A stretch of 64,000 bases of DNA. Source: Eledone cirrhosa. Its lineage: Eukaryota. This document shows, piece by piece, positions 12,331 to 24,211 of this stretch. Below the pieces are notes generated by a model. The model was not told the origin of the DNA and searched no databases. It was given only the letters and a program-made list of their open reading frames with translations. The stretch spans positions 101,804,001 through 101,868,000 of the forward strand of contig OZ024745.1 in the NCBI GenBank assembly GCA_964016885.1. Direction: 5' to 3'. The stretch's first letter is position 1. Every line of letters starts with the position of its first letter. Position numbers and translations under genes: made by a program.

Positions 12331-14181
12331 TTAAAGAAAGTATCTATCTTCAGTTGTTTGACGTTTTGATGTTGTTTCCTAAGTATCTCTCTGGACTGCT
12401 GAAAATATTCCAAGTAAAAGACAATCTCAAGGTCAAGAAATGTGTATAGCAGTGTCAGACAGTGTTGACTGTGATAGAATAACTTTCTTTTTCTTGGTGT
12501 TTTCTTTTTCTCTTTCTTACTCTGTTATGTAGAACTTCATCCACAATTTCTGGATCACATTCAACAATCTGAAGCCATTCCTGTACATTATCTTTAGTAG
12601 TCTCCTAAATGCCAGCTTTCACAAAGGTGCACAAAAAGTAATTTACCCTAAATCCCTCAAAATCCAGATCAGGTTTAATGTTATTCAACAACTTCCATCA
12701 TTTGCCAAAGTTGATGCCTTCACCTCTTGCAAAGAAACTAGTTACACTCGTTAATGGTTGTTTTTCAGAACTTTTGCCTAACTTTTGGTGGTGGTGCACT
12801 GTATTATTAATTTTCTTGTCTGTTACATCTGTAATCAATTAAATCAAGATTCATTAAACTGAAGGTTTACCAGGTTTTCATTTTCTGGCAAATATGTGAG
12901 GTAACTCTAGATATGTTTTAGACTTCTTCTGACCTTTTCAGTGAAACATAACCTCCTTGAAATTTCAAAAGTGATGATCTAAGAATAAATTAACAAACAA
13001 ACAAACAAGTATGTACATTGGTTGATGTAGGGAATAGAACAGCTTGGAAATTAAACAGCTCAAAGACACCATCTGCTTGGAAAACAATAGTCCACACTGT
13101 AAAGTGTTCATGTGGGTGTCCCAACAAAAAAGCACTCAGCTCACACTGAAAATGTGGTTGGCGTTAGGAAGGGCATCCAGCCATAGAAACCAAGCCAAAA
13201 TTAGTTGTGTGTGAGTGAAACATGGTCCTCCAACCTGATCTCTCACAAAGGGACATGTCCAACCCATGCTAGTGTGGAAAATGGACGTTAAACGGTGATG
13301 ATGAGACATGTTTAATGCATAACTAGGAGTAATTATGTATTGAAACAAAATAACAATATTAATCCATAAATATTATTTCCATTTTGGGGGAAAGTACAGA
13401 AGATAATTCTGAATAGCTTTTTGAATTTTTCTGATTTTGTCATTGAAGTCTAAACTTCCCTGTAATTGTTAAAGGAATGGTGAATTAATAATTGGGTAAA
13501 TACATAAAATTGAACATCTATTGAGCTAGGAAAATATTAAAGAATTTCTTTGCTATCAAAATTTCAGCTTGCTTTTTTTTTTCTTTTTCTTTTTTTTTTT
13601 GCATTGTGAAGAACATGTCAAATTAAATCAACTGTGCCCCTCCTTTATAAAAAAAAAATGTGATCTTTTTGAAATGTTAGAAATCAATATTGAATGTTGG
13701 TCTATATATTCACAAATAGTTAATAATGAAACAAAACAAAACAAAAAAAAAGTATTAATATTTGCATTACCTTAAAATTTTGAATATTTTACAATGTGAT
13801 TGTTAATCTAGTATTTTTCATAATCTGATTTTAACAGCTGCAAATCAAAGACAGAGAGTGAAATAATATAATTGTATTATGGGATTTCTGTTCTTTGTTG
13901 TTATTACAGTAGTATGTTTTTGTATGGAGATGTCAGAAATACATCATGTCTAAATAAATGCATTCATTATGAATGATTGTGTAGAGAATGTAAAAGCTTT
14001 ATCAGCTGTTTGCTTCATTTATTGAAATGAAACACTGAAATCAGTTCATATTTGAAGCCAATTAAATGTTTTATATTTAATGAAGGCACTATTTACTTCA
14101 TATTTTATCTACTAAATCAATTTTTCATCCTTTCATCACCATATTATCTAACAAACAGATGAATATCTATCTTTCTCTCTC

Positions 14182-14274
<93 letters not shown>

Positions 14275-15179
14275 TATGTGTATATATGTGTGTGTGTGTG
14301 TGTGTAGAAAACGTGAGAGAGACACAAGGAAAATTCTGCTCATCGGCTGTCTTCTGTGGATCACTGATGTTTCAAACGCATTAAAGACTGCACATCTCAC
14401 CACAGTGCATTGATAGCTATATATATATATATATATATATTGGGGAGTCACCATTGCTGACCAAATTACTGCCCATCTTCGCCTCCTGGCTTCCAGCTTA
14501 TCTCCTTTCTCCTGCTCAAAACACACCCTCCCTACATCCTGCAAACTGCAGCCTTCTCTTTCTTCCTGTTATTCAAAGGCAGCAAGCATTCTCCATATTA
14601 AGTGAGCCTGGAATCCCTAGTCGTCCAACTTGGCTAGAAATAGCCATGCCTGGCAACCTTCCTCCCTACACTCCTGCACAAGTTCTTGACACTTGCCACT
14701 CTTTCACTCTAAGGCATTGCTGCACTCTTCTTCCCATGGGATTGTGAGTTCAATCAGGATTTTTTTTTTTTATCCTCAGGCCAAAGTACTACATCTGGCA
14801 TCAGAGTTGTTTGAACAACCCAAGGGAACTCCTAACTTCCTCCCAGATCAATCCTCATATCCCATGATGGGGCCATTTGTAGTAACCTGGTCAATTGTGT
14901 CTGTTTCCTCTGTATTTGGTGTTCTCTGTGTCTCTTTTGGTCCATAGAGTTGGCAAGTGCTATGAGCACCTTATTGTGATGCCATCTATATTTCTTTTGG
15001 GAAAGAGCTATTTTACTTCCTGATAAAATGTGTGCTATGATACCTATTTTTCCGGAAAGCCTACATGATTCCTCCTCTCTCATGCTCCACCCATGCTAAT
15101 TTGAATTATCTGGATGTTAAATCTTCAAATATAGTACAAGGTTCCAAGAATTGACAGTAATTTAGTATAAAATATTATA

Positions 15180-15950
15180 TTAGAAGTCAGGAGAGATTTG
15201 AAAAAAGATTTCTTTAATTAAATTATCTAACACGTGTTTCATTGCCAATTAAGGCAATCATCTATGAGAACAGTATAGGAGTATTTTTTTCTATTCACTC
15301 ACTAGCATTGTGCCAATGTATTCAGCGATAAATGAGATAATGTACATTTTAGTTATATTTGTGGAAGGAGGAGGAAGCTAGGTGGATAATAAACAGCCAA
15401 TGGCTTTCTAGTATTCATGATACTGCTGAAGTAAGAAATGTCATTGGCTGAAAGGAATTTTTTCTATAGTTCAAAGAAGATCATTTTAGCAAATGGGAGT
15501 GACTAGAAGTTGTGAAGAATCTGCCTGTTAGTGGGTATGTTTGCTCTCCCCCACCTAGATGTGTGTGTGTGTGGTATGGCTGAACTGTGTGTACATGTCT
15601 GTTTCTGTGTCAGTGTCTATGTATGCATGTATGTAAGTATGTGTAGTGGTGCAGTGAATATGGTTAATATTGGGGTAGGGACAAAGAGTAAATCAGCTGG
15701 CGATAGCGACTATGATGAAGAGGGAAACAAGATGAGGACTGTAAGGATGTTCTTGATGACAGTTCCAGCGACAAAGGAAACAAACATGATGATAAGGGTG
15801 GTGTGGGCTCGGACATTCAAGTTTTCAATAAAAGGGGTGAGATCAAGGTTGTAATGATTATTTTTTTTATTTCAGTGTATGAGTGAGTGTTATTGTGAGA
15901 GGTTTGTTTACTGCTTATTTCAGTGTGTGAGTATTTGGTGTTGGGGTAAT
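15180..15950 (-). mobile_element. Decayed Penelope-like 3' region with degenerate hammerhead (15224-15270)
   Basis: Minus strand TAGATGA TTGCC TTAATT GGCAA T GAAA CACGTG TT AGATA; stem III is the palindrome ACACGTGT. Boundaries are approximate. Confidence 0.5.
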
Positions 15951-16244
15951 GCATCGGTGGAGGTGCATGGCTTAGTGGTTAGAGCAATGGGCTTGCAATT
16001 GAAAGGTTGTTAGTTTGATTCTTGGACCGGGGGATGTGTTGTTTCCTTCAGCAAGATGCTTTATTTCACGTTGCTCCAGTTTACTCAGCTGTAGAAATGA
16101 GTTGCGACTAAAGGGGTCTCCGGTGTGGTATGTGTGTGTGTCTTATGTTTGTCTTGATTAGTAGAGTGATTTTCTTTGCATTCTCTGTCTTGTAGTGTGG
16201 GTATATGTATGCTTTAGGTGTATTGTATGGTTGTGCTATGTATC

Positions 16245-16600
16245 ATCATCATCTTCATCATCATTTTACGTCCATTGTTCCATGCTCCATGTGTTGGATG
16301 GGTTCTTCTCAGTATAGCATTTCTCCATTTCTCACATTCCTTTGTCAATCCCTCTGAGTTTCAGTGATTTGGAATCAGCTCTCATTACTTCCATCCAGGT
16401 CTTCCATGGTTTTCCTCTACTGTAGTTTCCTTCTACTGGGATTTCTTGGCATTTCTTCACCCAGACATCATAATCCTTGTGCATTACATATCCATACCAA
16501 TCTCCCCTGCTGCACATTACATTTGATTCCCCTTATACCCAGTTTCTCTCTCAGTTCATCAATGCTTTGTTGATCTCACACATTAACATTGCACATCATC
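16245..16600 (-). mobile_element. RTE LINE 3' fragment
   Basis: WYGYVMHKDYDVWVKKCQEIPVEGNYSRGKPWKTW; (ATG)n tail; homologous to 19500-19800. Confidence 0.85.
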
Positions 16601-16937
16601 AAAGTATTTGATGGATATATATATTCACATTTAGTATTATTCTGAAATGGCTGTACTGATTTGCAAATAATTAGCACTCGTATTAGTAATTAATTAAGAT
16701 ATATAGTAAGAATTGCACTAGCAGCCAAAGTGGATGATAAAGTTATATCTATAAAATAGTGTGTTACTGAGATATTTATGTAGGTATGTGTGTGTGTCTG
16801 TGTGTATATATATATATAAATAGTGTATTTTGCAATACACTGTATGCTTAATTAAAAGCATTTCGAAGACCTTACGCTATTGTTTTAGAGTAGTGATAGT
16901 CTCACTTACTTTAATTTTCAGCAAACAGAGGGCATAA

Positions 16938-16982
16938 AGCTGACAGAGCTCTGTTTCGCACTTTTTGGTGCTTATCAAAGCT
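16938..16982 (-). ncRNA. Type I hammerhead ribozyme, U3-A8 core variant
   Basis: AGCT TTGATAA GCAC CAAAAA GTGC GAAA CAGAGCTCTG TC^AGCT. Stem III is the perfect palindrome ACAGAGCTCTGT; stem I is extended by the ATTTTCAGCAAACAG helix; predicted cut between 16942 and 16941. Confidence 0.85.
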
Positions 16983-17256
16983 AAGTACTCCGCCTGTTTG
17001 CTGAAAATCATGAATGTTTGATTCTTATAGAATTCTAGTAATAATCAGGAACTGATTATACAGAGAGGTTGCCGGTCAAGCAGAAATTTAAAATTAGAAT
17101 TGGTGCTCTGAAATAGCGATATATATATGAATGTATATATAATGTATTTTGTAATACACTGTATGCTTAATTAAAAGCATTTCGAAGACCTTACGCTATT
17201 GTTTTAGAGTAGTGAAAGTCTAACTTACTTTAATTTTCAGCAAACAGGGGAGATAA

Positions 17257-17301
17257 AGCTGACAGATCTCTGTTTCGTACTTTTTGGTGCTTATTAAAGC
17301 T
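17257..17301 (-). ncRNA. Second hammerhead copy, probably inactive (G5A)
   Basis: AGCT TTAATAA GCAC CAAAAA GTAC GAAA CAGAGATCTG TC AGCT. Confidence 0.7.
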
Positions 17302-17619
17302 AAGTACTCCGCCTGTTTGCTGAAAATCATGAATGTTTGCTTCTTATAGAATTCTAGTAATAATCAGGAACTGATTATTACTAGAACCAAAAAGTGCGAA
17401 ACAGAGTTCTGTCAGCTTTATGTCCCCTGTTTGCTGAAAATTAAAGTAAGTGAGACTGTCACTACTCTAAAACAATAGCGTAAGGTCTTCGAAATGCTTT
17501 TAATTAAGCATACAGTGTATTGCAAAATACACTATATATACATTCATATATATATCGCTATTTCAGAGCACCATTTCTAATTTATATATATATATATATA
17601 TATATGATGGTTGCAAACT

Positions 17620-18300
17620 CACGCTAAGAGTATTGCATTCGCTTGTCAGATTCAGATGTGTGACGTTTGATATAGTTTTTCAAACCTGCTAGAGACTTGC
17701 ACTCCTTCGCACACTGACAGTAACTATGGATCTCCCCGGCCTCAGGTCTTACATCAGGTTGCCTGTGAACCTTCACAATACCATGGAGATCATAGTTCAC
17801 TGGTTCTCTCTGAATATGCCTCCTGAGACCAGATTTGCTGAAGCAAATCTTTCCACACTCAGGGCACACCTAATTCAATGGAGAGACCAATCATTTCGAG
17901 AGATACACCAGGGCATCGCTTACGTATAACCCGTTTGATATTCTCTGTCCTCAAAATCATGGACCGCATTATTCACCATTTCATACCAAGATTCTCTTTC
18001 AAGAGCTTCTATCTCCCAGTCAGCCACCATCAAACCAGTTTTTTTCAATGAGGCCTTTACACAATCTTTGAATCAGAGCTTTGGCTTGTGAGGTAGTCCC
18101 TTATCTTTACAAAGCTCACCATACAAAAGTTGTTTCGAGATTTGATCATTCTACATTCTGCAGAGGTGTGCAGTCCATCGCAAACGTCGCTGGTGGATGA
18201 TACTTTCAATGCTCCTACAGTCACTTCTCTGAAGGACCTCAACATCAATGACATGCATCTGCCACTTGATACCCAGCATCTTCCTGAGACACTGTTGCTG
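17620..18300 (-). mobile_element. RTE-like LINE 3' end with C-terminal zinc-finger motifs
   Basis: CPECGKICFSKSGLRRH and CQCAKECKSLAGLKNYIKRH, with decayed upstream YGEL/DCVK-type RTE motifs. Confidence 0.7.
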
Positions 18301-18348
18301 TATCATCATCATCATCGTTTAACATCTATCTTCCACCCAAGCATGTCA

Positions 18349-18439
18349 CTAGACATCCAGTTCATTCTCCCTTGGAGACACACGCACAGAGAGCATAGTT
18401 TTCTACACCATCCCTCTTCCTCCTTTTTCCACACTCATA

Positions 18440-18484
<45 letters not shown>

Positions 18485-18623
18485 AGAGCTTTGTGCAAAA
18501 GTTGAAATGCTTTTTGATTTTTTTTTTTTTTGCTCTAGAATGTTCACCATCCCCCTTCCTTTGTCATGACTCATAAGTGGACTGACATACGGACGGACAT
18601 GATTCCAATGTTATTTATATAGA
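18349..18623 (-). mobile_element. Non-autonomous Helitron-like element
   Basis: Minus strand A|TCTATATAAATAAC...(GTCC)n...CTAG|T, inserted at A|T with no TSD; a related internal fragment lies at about 21265-21350. Confidence 0.7.
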
Positions 18624-18912
18624 TGTACGAGTGATCGAAATTTCACTTTGAAATATTCTTTTTTGAACATTGGTTAAGACCATGAGATGATCATGTGTAA
18701 AACACATGACACATTCAATAATCAATAAAAGTGAATCTTCGATCTCTTGTACACATTGTAAACACACAACTAACTATAAATATATGATACACTGATACCA
18801 TGCAAAAAACATATTTTCAATTGGAATCACACAAGAAGTAGCACTGAATGTTCATATTGGTGTTACCCACAGAAAATAACATTACACCAATGTTTGTGTG
18901 TCTGTGTATATA

Positions 18913-19800
18913 TAGAGTGAACCTAGCTAAGACAAAAGTGTTGATGAGTAGAAAAGAGGACAAAACTCCGATTCCATCAGGGAAATAGCCATGTTCGATA
19001 TGCAGAAAAGGAACTGGCATAAATTCTATAAAATGTACAAAATGCAGATCCTGGGTACACAAGAGATGTAGTGGCATAGCAGGTAGGGAGAAATACGTAT
19101 GCAGTAGATGTACAGGGAAATTTGACAGTACATTGATAGACACATTTTTCAAATACAGGTGGGTGCTATAGAAGTGGTGCTATAGAAGCTTCCAGTACCT
19201 AGATGATCAGATTAGTATGGGAGGCGGTGTTCCAAGTGTATCTAGAATAAGGACAGGCTGGAAGAAGCTTAGGGAGCCTGCTTCCTCTGCTGATGAAGAA
19301 GGGTTTCTCCTTGCGTACGAAAGGCCGGTTATATGATGCCTGTGTGAGGTGCGTGATGCTGCATGTTAGTGAGACATGGGCAGCAACTACAGAGGATATG
19401 CGACGGCTGGAAAGAAATGAGGAAAGCATGCTCCGTTGGATCTGCAATATAAATGTGCGTGAACAACCGAGCATAGATGTATGGAGAGAGAAACTGTGTC
19501 TGAGAGGGATAAATTGTAGTGTGTGGGAGAGGAGACTGTGATGGTATGGACATGTGATGCGCATGGAGGATGACCAATGGGTGAAGAAGTGCCATGAAAT
19601 GCCAGTTGAAGGAAGATGTAGTAGAGGAAGACCACGAAAAACATGGGCGGAGGTGGTGAGAGCAGACCTCAGATCGCTGAAGCTCATGATGGAGACAACT
19701 GAGAACAAGTGGAGAAATGTTGTGCTGAATAGGACCATTCCACCCTTCCAATCAGGGAAAAGAGGACGTAAAAATGATGATAATATCATCATCATCATCA
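18913..19800 (+). mobile_element. RTE LINE 3' part (RT end, PHD-like Cys/His finger, C-terminal domain)
   Basis: RVNLAKTKVL...PCSICRKG..NSIKCTKCRSWVHKRCSGI...KGRLYDACVRCVMLHVSETW...LRWI...GRPRKTW; several stops; ATC/ATG tail. Confidence 0.9.
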
Positions 19801-20080
19801 TCATCAACGTTTAACGTCCGTGTTCCACGCTTGCATGGGTTTGGACGGGGGTAGTCCCACTTGAGGCAAGAGTGATTGTCTTGCTCGCATAGGACTGTCT
19901 GGCAGGTTTTCTACAGTTGGATGCCCTTCCTAACACCAACCACATTTACAGTGTGGGTCTGGGAGGTTTTTACCGTGTTGCCTACACGGCCACATTACAG
20001 CGTGGACTGTGTGTTTTTTTGTCGTGACACCTACACGATCTCATTTGTTTCGGCCTCGATGGCGTGGCACCAACATAACT
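19800..20080 (-). mobile_element. SINE subfamily 3' part (GCCAGACAGTCCTATGCGAGCAAG type)
   Basis: Reverse complement of the copies at 44748-45008, 47096-47200 and 50690-50990; lies tail-to-tail with the RTE that ends near 19800. Confidence 0.85.
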
Positions 20081-20379
20081 TTACATAGAACGGGGTGGTG
20101 TGGATGGGGTGGGGGTGGTGGTGGTGGGACGGGGTGTATTTTGTTAGAGATGCCTACTGGCTGGAGTAGGTTTTACTATATATTTAGGTAAGGCGGGTCT
20201 TCTCTGTTACTGAGTACCGCCAAAGGTCTCGGTCCAGTGACATTGTCTTGGAGAGGTGTAAGTGTGTGATGTCGGAGTTTATCAGCTCGTCCCAGGTTTT
20301 TCTAGGTCTGCCTATTCCGTGACTACTGTCTATCTTTATTATATATATATATGTATATATACATATATATATATGTATA

Positions 20380-21246
20380 GGAATTTGGACACTTCAGTGA
20401 CACAGTATGTAAATATGTAGCTAGGATGACCCCATATGGCAATGCGAAGATAGTGTGGAAAATATGGCATTTGAAGTTAGGGTGCCACGCTATGACACTG
20501 CGGAGCTAGGGTGGCACACTATGAAATTGGGTGGCTAGGGTGACACATTATGGAAATATGGAACTGGGATGTTTCAGTATGGCAATGAGGAGATAGGGTG
20601 GTAAAATACAGCACTTCGGAGCTTGTGCGATGCACTATGGCATTGCGGAGCTTGGATGGCACACTATGGAATTTAGGTGCTTCGGTGACATAGTATGGAA
20701 ATTTGGAGCTAGGATGACCCTATATGACAATGGGGAGATAGTGTGGAAAATATAGCACACTATGAAATGGGTGGCTAGGGTGACACATTATGGAACTAGG
20801 ATGTTGCAGTGTGGATATCAGGTGGAAAATATGGCACTTCAGAGCTAGTGTGCCGCACTATGACACTGCGGAGCTCGGGTGGCATACTTTAAAATTGGGT
20901 GGCTAGGGTGACACATTATGGAAATATGGAAGTAGGTTGTCGCAATGGGAAGCTAGTGTGGAAAATATGGCACTTCGGAGCTAATGTGCTGCACTATGGC
21001 ACTGCGGAGCTTGGGTGGCTAGGGCAACACATTATGGAAATATGGAAATAGGTTGTCACAATGGGGATTAGGGTGAAAAATTATAGCACTTCGGAGTTAC
21101 TGTCCTGCACTACGGCACTGCGAAGGTTGGTTGGCACACTATGGAATTTGGGCGCTTCAGTGACGCTGTATGGAAACATGGAGTTAGGATGTTGCAGTGT
21201 GGCAACGGGGAGATAGGGTGACAAAATATGGCACTTTGGAGCTAGT
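20380..21246 (+). repeat. Diverged minisatellite of about 30-bp subunits with roughly 115-145 bp higher-order periodicity
   Basis: Recurrent GAGCTAGGGTGGCACACTATG, GCTAGGGTGACACATTATGGAA and AAAATATGGCACTTCGGAGCT motifs. Confidence 0.85.
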
Positions 21247-21769
21247 ATATATATAAATTTCAGTGACAGTGTGTGTGTGTGTTTGTGTGAATGTGTCTGT
21301 AAGAGGAAGGAAGGGAATGGTAAAAAAACTATACCAAAACTGGCTGGTGTTCCATTTGCAACGCTGTTTGTGTGTATTTTTGTAAATGTGTCTGTTTTTG
21401 TGTGTCTATAATAATTGTTTCTACTTTTGGCACAAGGCCAGCAATTACCCAGTACATTACTGGTACTTTATTTTATCGCCCCCGTATGGATGAAAGGCAA
21501 AGTTAATCTTGGCGGGATTTGAACTCAGATCGTAAAGGGACGTAACTCTATGCTAGAAAGCATGTCCGACACTCTACCGATACTGTCAATATAATAATAT
21601 ACTCATATATACACCAGAGTGTTGAACATTTTTTTCATGTATATATGTATGAAACAAACCTTGAAATAATGATTATATCGGACGAAGAAACTGCTTTGAT
21701 TTTTGGTTTGTGTTTTGTTCTATTTTCAAAGCTGAAGTTTTTCACCGAAGTTTCAATTTCTATTTTCAG

Positions 21770-21907
21770 AATTATAACAAATCTCGCATTCATTCCTTTC
21801 GTGGTGCCCGTGAGGTCGATATTTTATTGGACAGAAAACTTATATTCTCTGGTGAAATTGCTAGAGCATGTGGTGGTGTAGAAGGAGGGACTGAAGCTTT
21901 TGGGGAT
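21770..21907 (+). CDS. KATNIP: KATNIP internal exon C
   Basis: tattttcag|AAT...GGGGAT|gtaagt; 138 nt. NYNKSRIHSFRGAREVDILLDRKLIFSGEIARACGGVEGGTEAFGD completes the IRIWNYNKSR motif across the junction. Confidence 0.95.
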
Positions 21908-22062
21908 GTAAGTAACCATCTTTAAATTTGCAAAGCCTGATTTAAAAAATTTTTTTTTTAAATTTCAATATTTCATATATAGTCATAAATGAGTGTATTT
22001 TATTCAGCTTATATATTATGTCCCCATATTTAGAAACACATACATATGAATATACACACACA

Positions 22063-22262
22063 TATCATCATCATCATCATTTTACGTACGCTTTTCCCTA
22101 CTTGCAAGGGTGGGACGGGTCTTATTAAGCAGGGCATATCTCCATTCATCACGGCCCTTTGTCATCTCTTCTGTGAGCTTCAGCGATCTGAGGTCTGCTC
22201 TCACCACCTCTGCCCATGTTTTCCGTGGTCTTCCTCAACTGCGTCTTCCTTCTACTGGCACT
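22063..22262 (-). mobile_element. RTE LINE 3' fragment
   Basis: Reverse complement of 19600-19790 (GRPRKTWAEVVRADLRSLKL). Confidence 0.88.
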
Positions 22263-22620
22263 TCTATATATATACATATATATATATATATCTCATCATC
22301 ACCATTTTATGACTGTTTTTCATGATGAACAAATGTGGACTGAGCCCTAGTAGATCCCCACCTGCCCTCCAAATTTATCATTGTACACATTTCCAACTGT
22401 CACTTTGCTGGTTGCACATCTATACATCTATACATAGCTTGTATGGCTTTCACAAAAATAACAAAATGAACACAGAGATTCAAAACCCCTTATTAGTTTC
22501 ATGCTTGGGAATAAAGATAAATAAATGTTTCACTGTATTGGATGTTAGTCCTTTATCAGCAAGAGCAAAGTTTGGAGAGTGAGAAGAAAGAATATACATA
22601 TATATGTGTGTGTGTGTATA

Positions 22621-22667
<47 letters not shown>

Positions 22668-22670
<3 letters not shown>

Positions 22671-22860
22671 AGGTTCGATCGGGGGTAACCACAGTAAGTG
22701 AGGTACTCAATACATAACAGAGTATAAATATTTAATATAGAAATGGCTTCTACAGGACTAGAACTGTTTCATTAGGAAGAAATCATCAGGAAAGCCTTTG
22801 ATGGTTTACTCTGAATGAAACAGTTCTAGTCCTGTAGAAGCCATTTCTATATTAAATATA
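22668..22860 (-). mobile_element. Fold-back Penelope-type insertion in (TA)n
   Basis: 46-bp inverted arms at 22728-22773 and 22814-22859 plus a tail at 22668-22727; a third partial copy lies at about 58690-58740. Confidence 0.8.
22745..22796 (-). ncRNA. Type I hammerhead ribozyme (short stem II)
   Basis: GGCTTTC CTGATGA T TT CTTCCT AA T GAAA CAG TTCTAGTC CTG TA^GAAGCC. Confidence 0.7.
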
Positions 22861-23772
22861 TATTTTTTCATTTCATTTCATTTTACGTCCGCTTTTTCCC
22901 TGCTTGCAAGGATGGGACGGGAACTGATTTTGGCTTGATTTCTACACCTGAATGCCCTTCCTAACACCAACCTCATTTACAGTGAGTGCTGTGTGCTTTT
23001 TTGCCGTGGCACCTCCACGACCACTTTGCAGTGGAATGATATGGACCCCACTCCCTATCATCTCATTTCTACAGCTGAGTAAACTGGAACAATGTGAAAT
23101 AAAGTGTCTTGCTCAAGGAAACAACACATCACCCTTGAGCAAGACATATATATATATATAATAATAATATTATTTATACTTATATATACACTACATACAA
23201 CTATAAACAGGAAAGGTCAGTAATTCATGACCACCTTATTACCAGTAAGAAAAATAGCTCAATGTAAATACATCAGATGTTTTACAGAGCCGGAATATAT
23301 ACACACAGATATCAGAATGGAGGTGGTAAAAACCAGTTAGACCATTACTCACCAGAGTACTCGATACTTGGGGTCGTAGAGTAGGTAATGTGAAAAATTT
23401 GTGAACCCGACAGCTGAGCTCCGGCCGTTTCAACAGCTACATCTGAGTTTGGATCTACGTTGGAGGAAATAAAAAGAGGAGAATTATCATCATCGTCATT
23501 TTTGTTTAATGTTGATTTCCCTGCTAACATATCAAGAGTTTGATATGTTGTCACTGACTAGTCAGTACTCACACAGAGCCTATGATTTCCAGGTGGGCCA
23601 CGGGCCTAACATATGATCCCACACTCCACTGAGTGCATTTTATCATGGTGATAATACTAGGGATGTTATCATATCTTTGGCATAGCAGAAGAGTCTACCC
23701 GACCCTTTATTTGGCAGGTGTTTCTCCAACTCACTGCACTTCCTATCACCAATCATAATCATTATATTACAT

Positions 23773-23824
<52 letters not shown>

Positions 23825-24170
23825 CCAGCCCACACTGTAAAGTGGACGTGTAGGCGCCACGAAAAAGCACCCAGCACTCACTGTAAATGAGGTTGGTGTT
23901 AGGAAGGGCATCCAGCTGTAGAAATCAAGCCAAATCAGTTCCTGTATGAGCAAGGCATGGTCAGCCGACCAGACACTGCCCACAACAGGACAACCCGTCT
24001 AACCCATGCTAGCGTGGAAGAACGGACGTAAAACGGTGATGATGATGATGATGATGATATGTATATATATTTATATGTATATATATGTATATGTATTTAT
24101 GTATATGTATATGTATTTATATATACACATAAACATATATATAAACACACACATAAACACACATGTATGT

Positions 24171-24211
<41 letters not shown>

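Larger units (their letters stand above)
16815..17585 (-). mobile_element. Non-autonomous Penelope-type/retrozyme element: partial tandem of a 319-nt unit plus an inverted copy, in (TA)n
   Basis: Direct repeats offset by 319 nt (16938 vs 17257), inverted copy at 17386-17583, TA tracts on both sides, a hammerhead in each unit and no ORF. Confidence 0.85.

Noticed and set aside
14430-15120. Possible LINE endonuclease remnant on the minus strand (also about 30050-30680)
   Set aside because: Composition suggests decayed coding sequence, but the motifs are too degraded to support a call.
23265-23360. Possible hammerhead on the minus strand (CTGGTGA...TAAAACATCTGATGTA)
   Set aside because: Two core mismatches and no stem I; at best a very decayed remnant.
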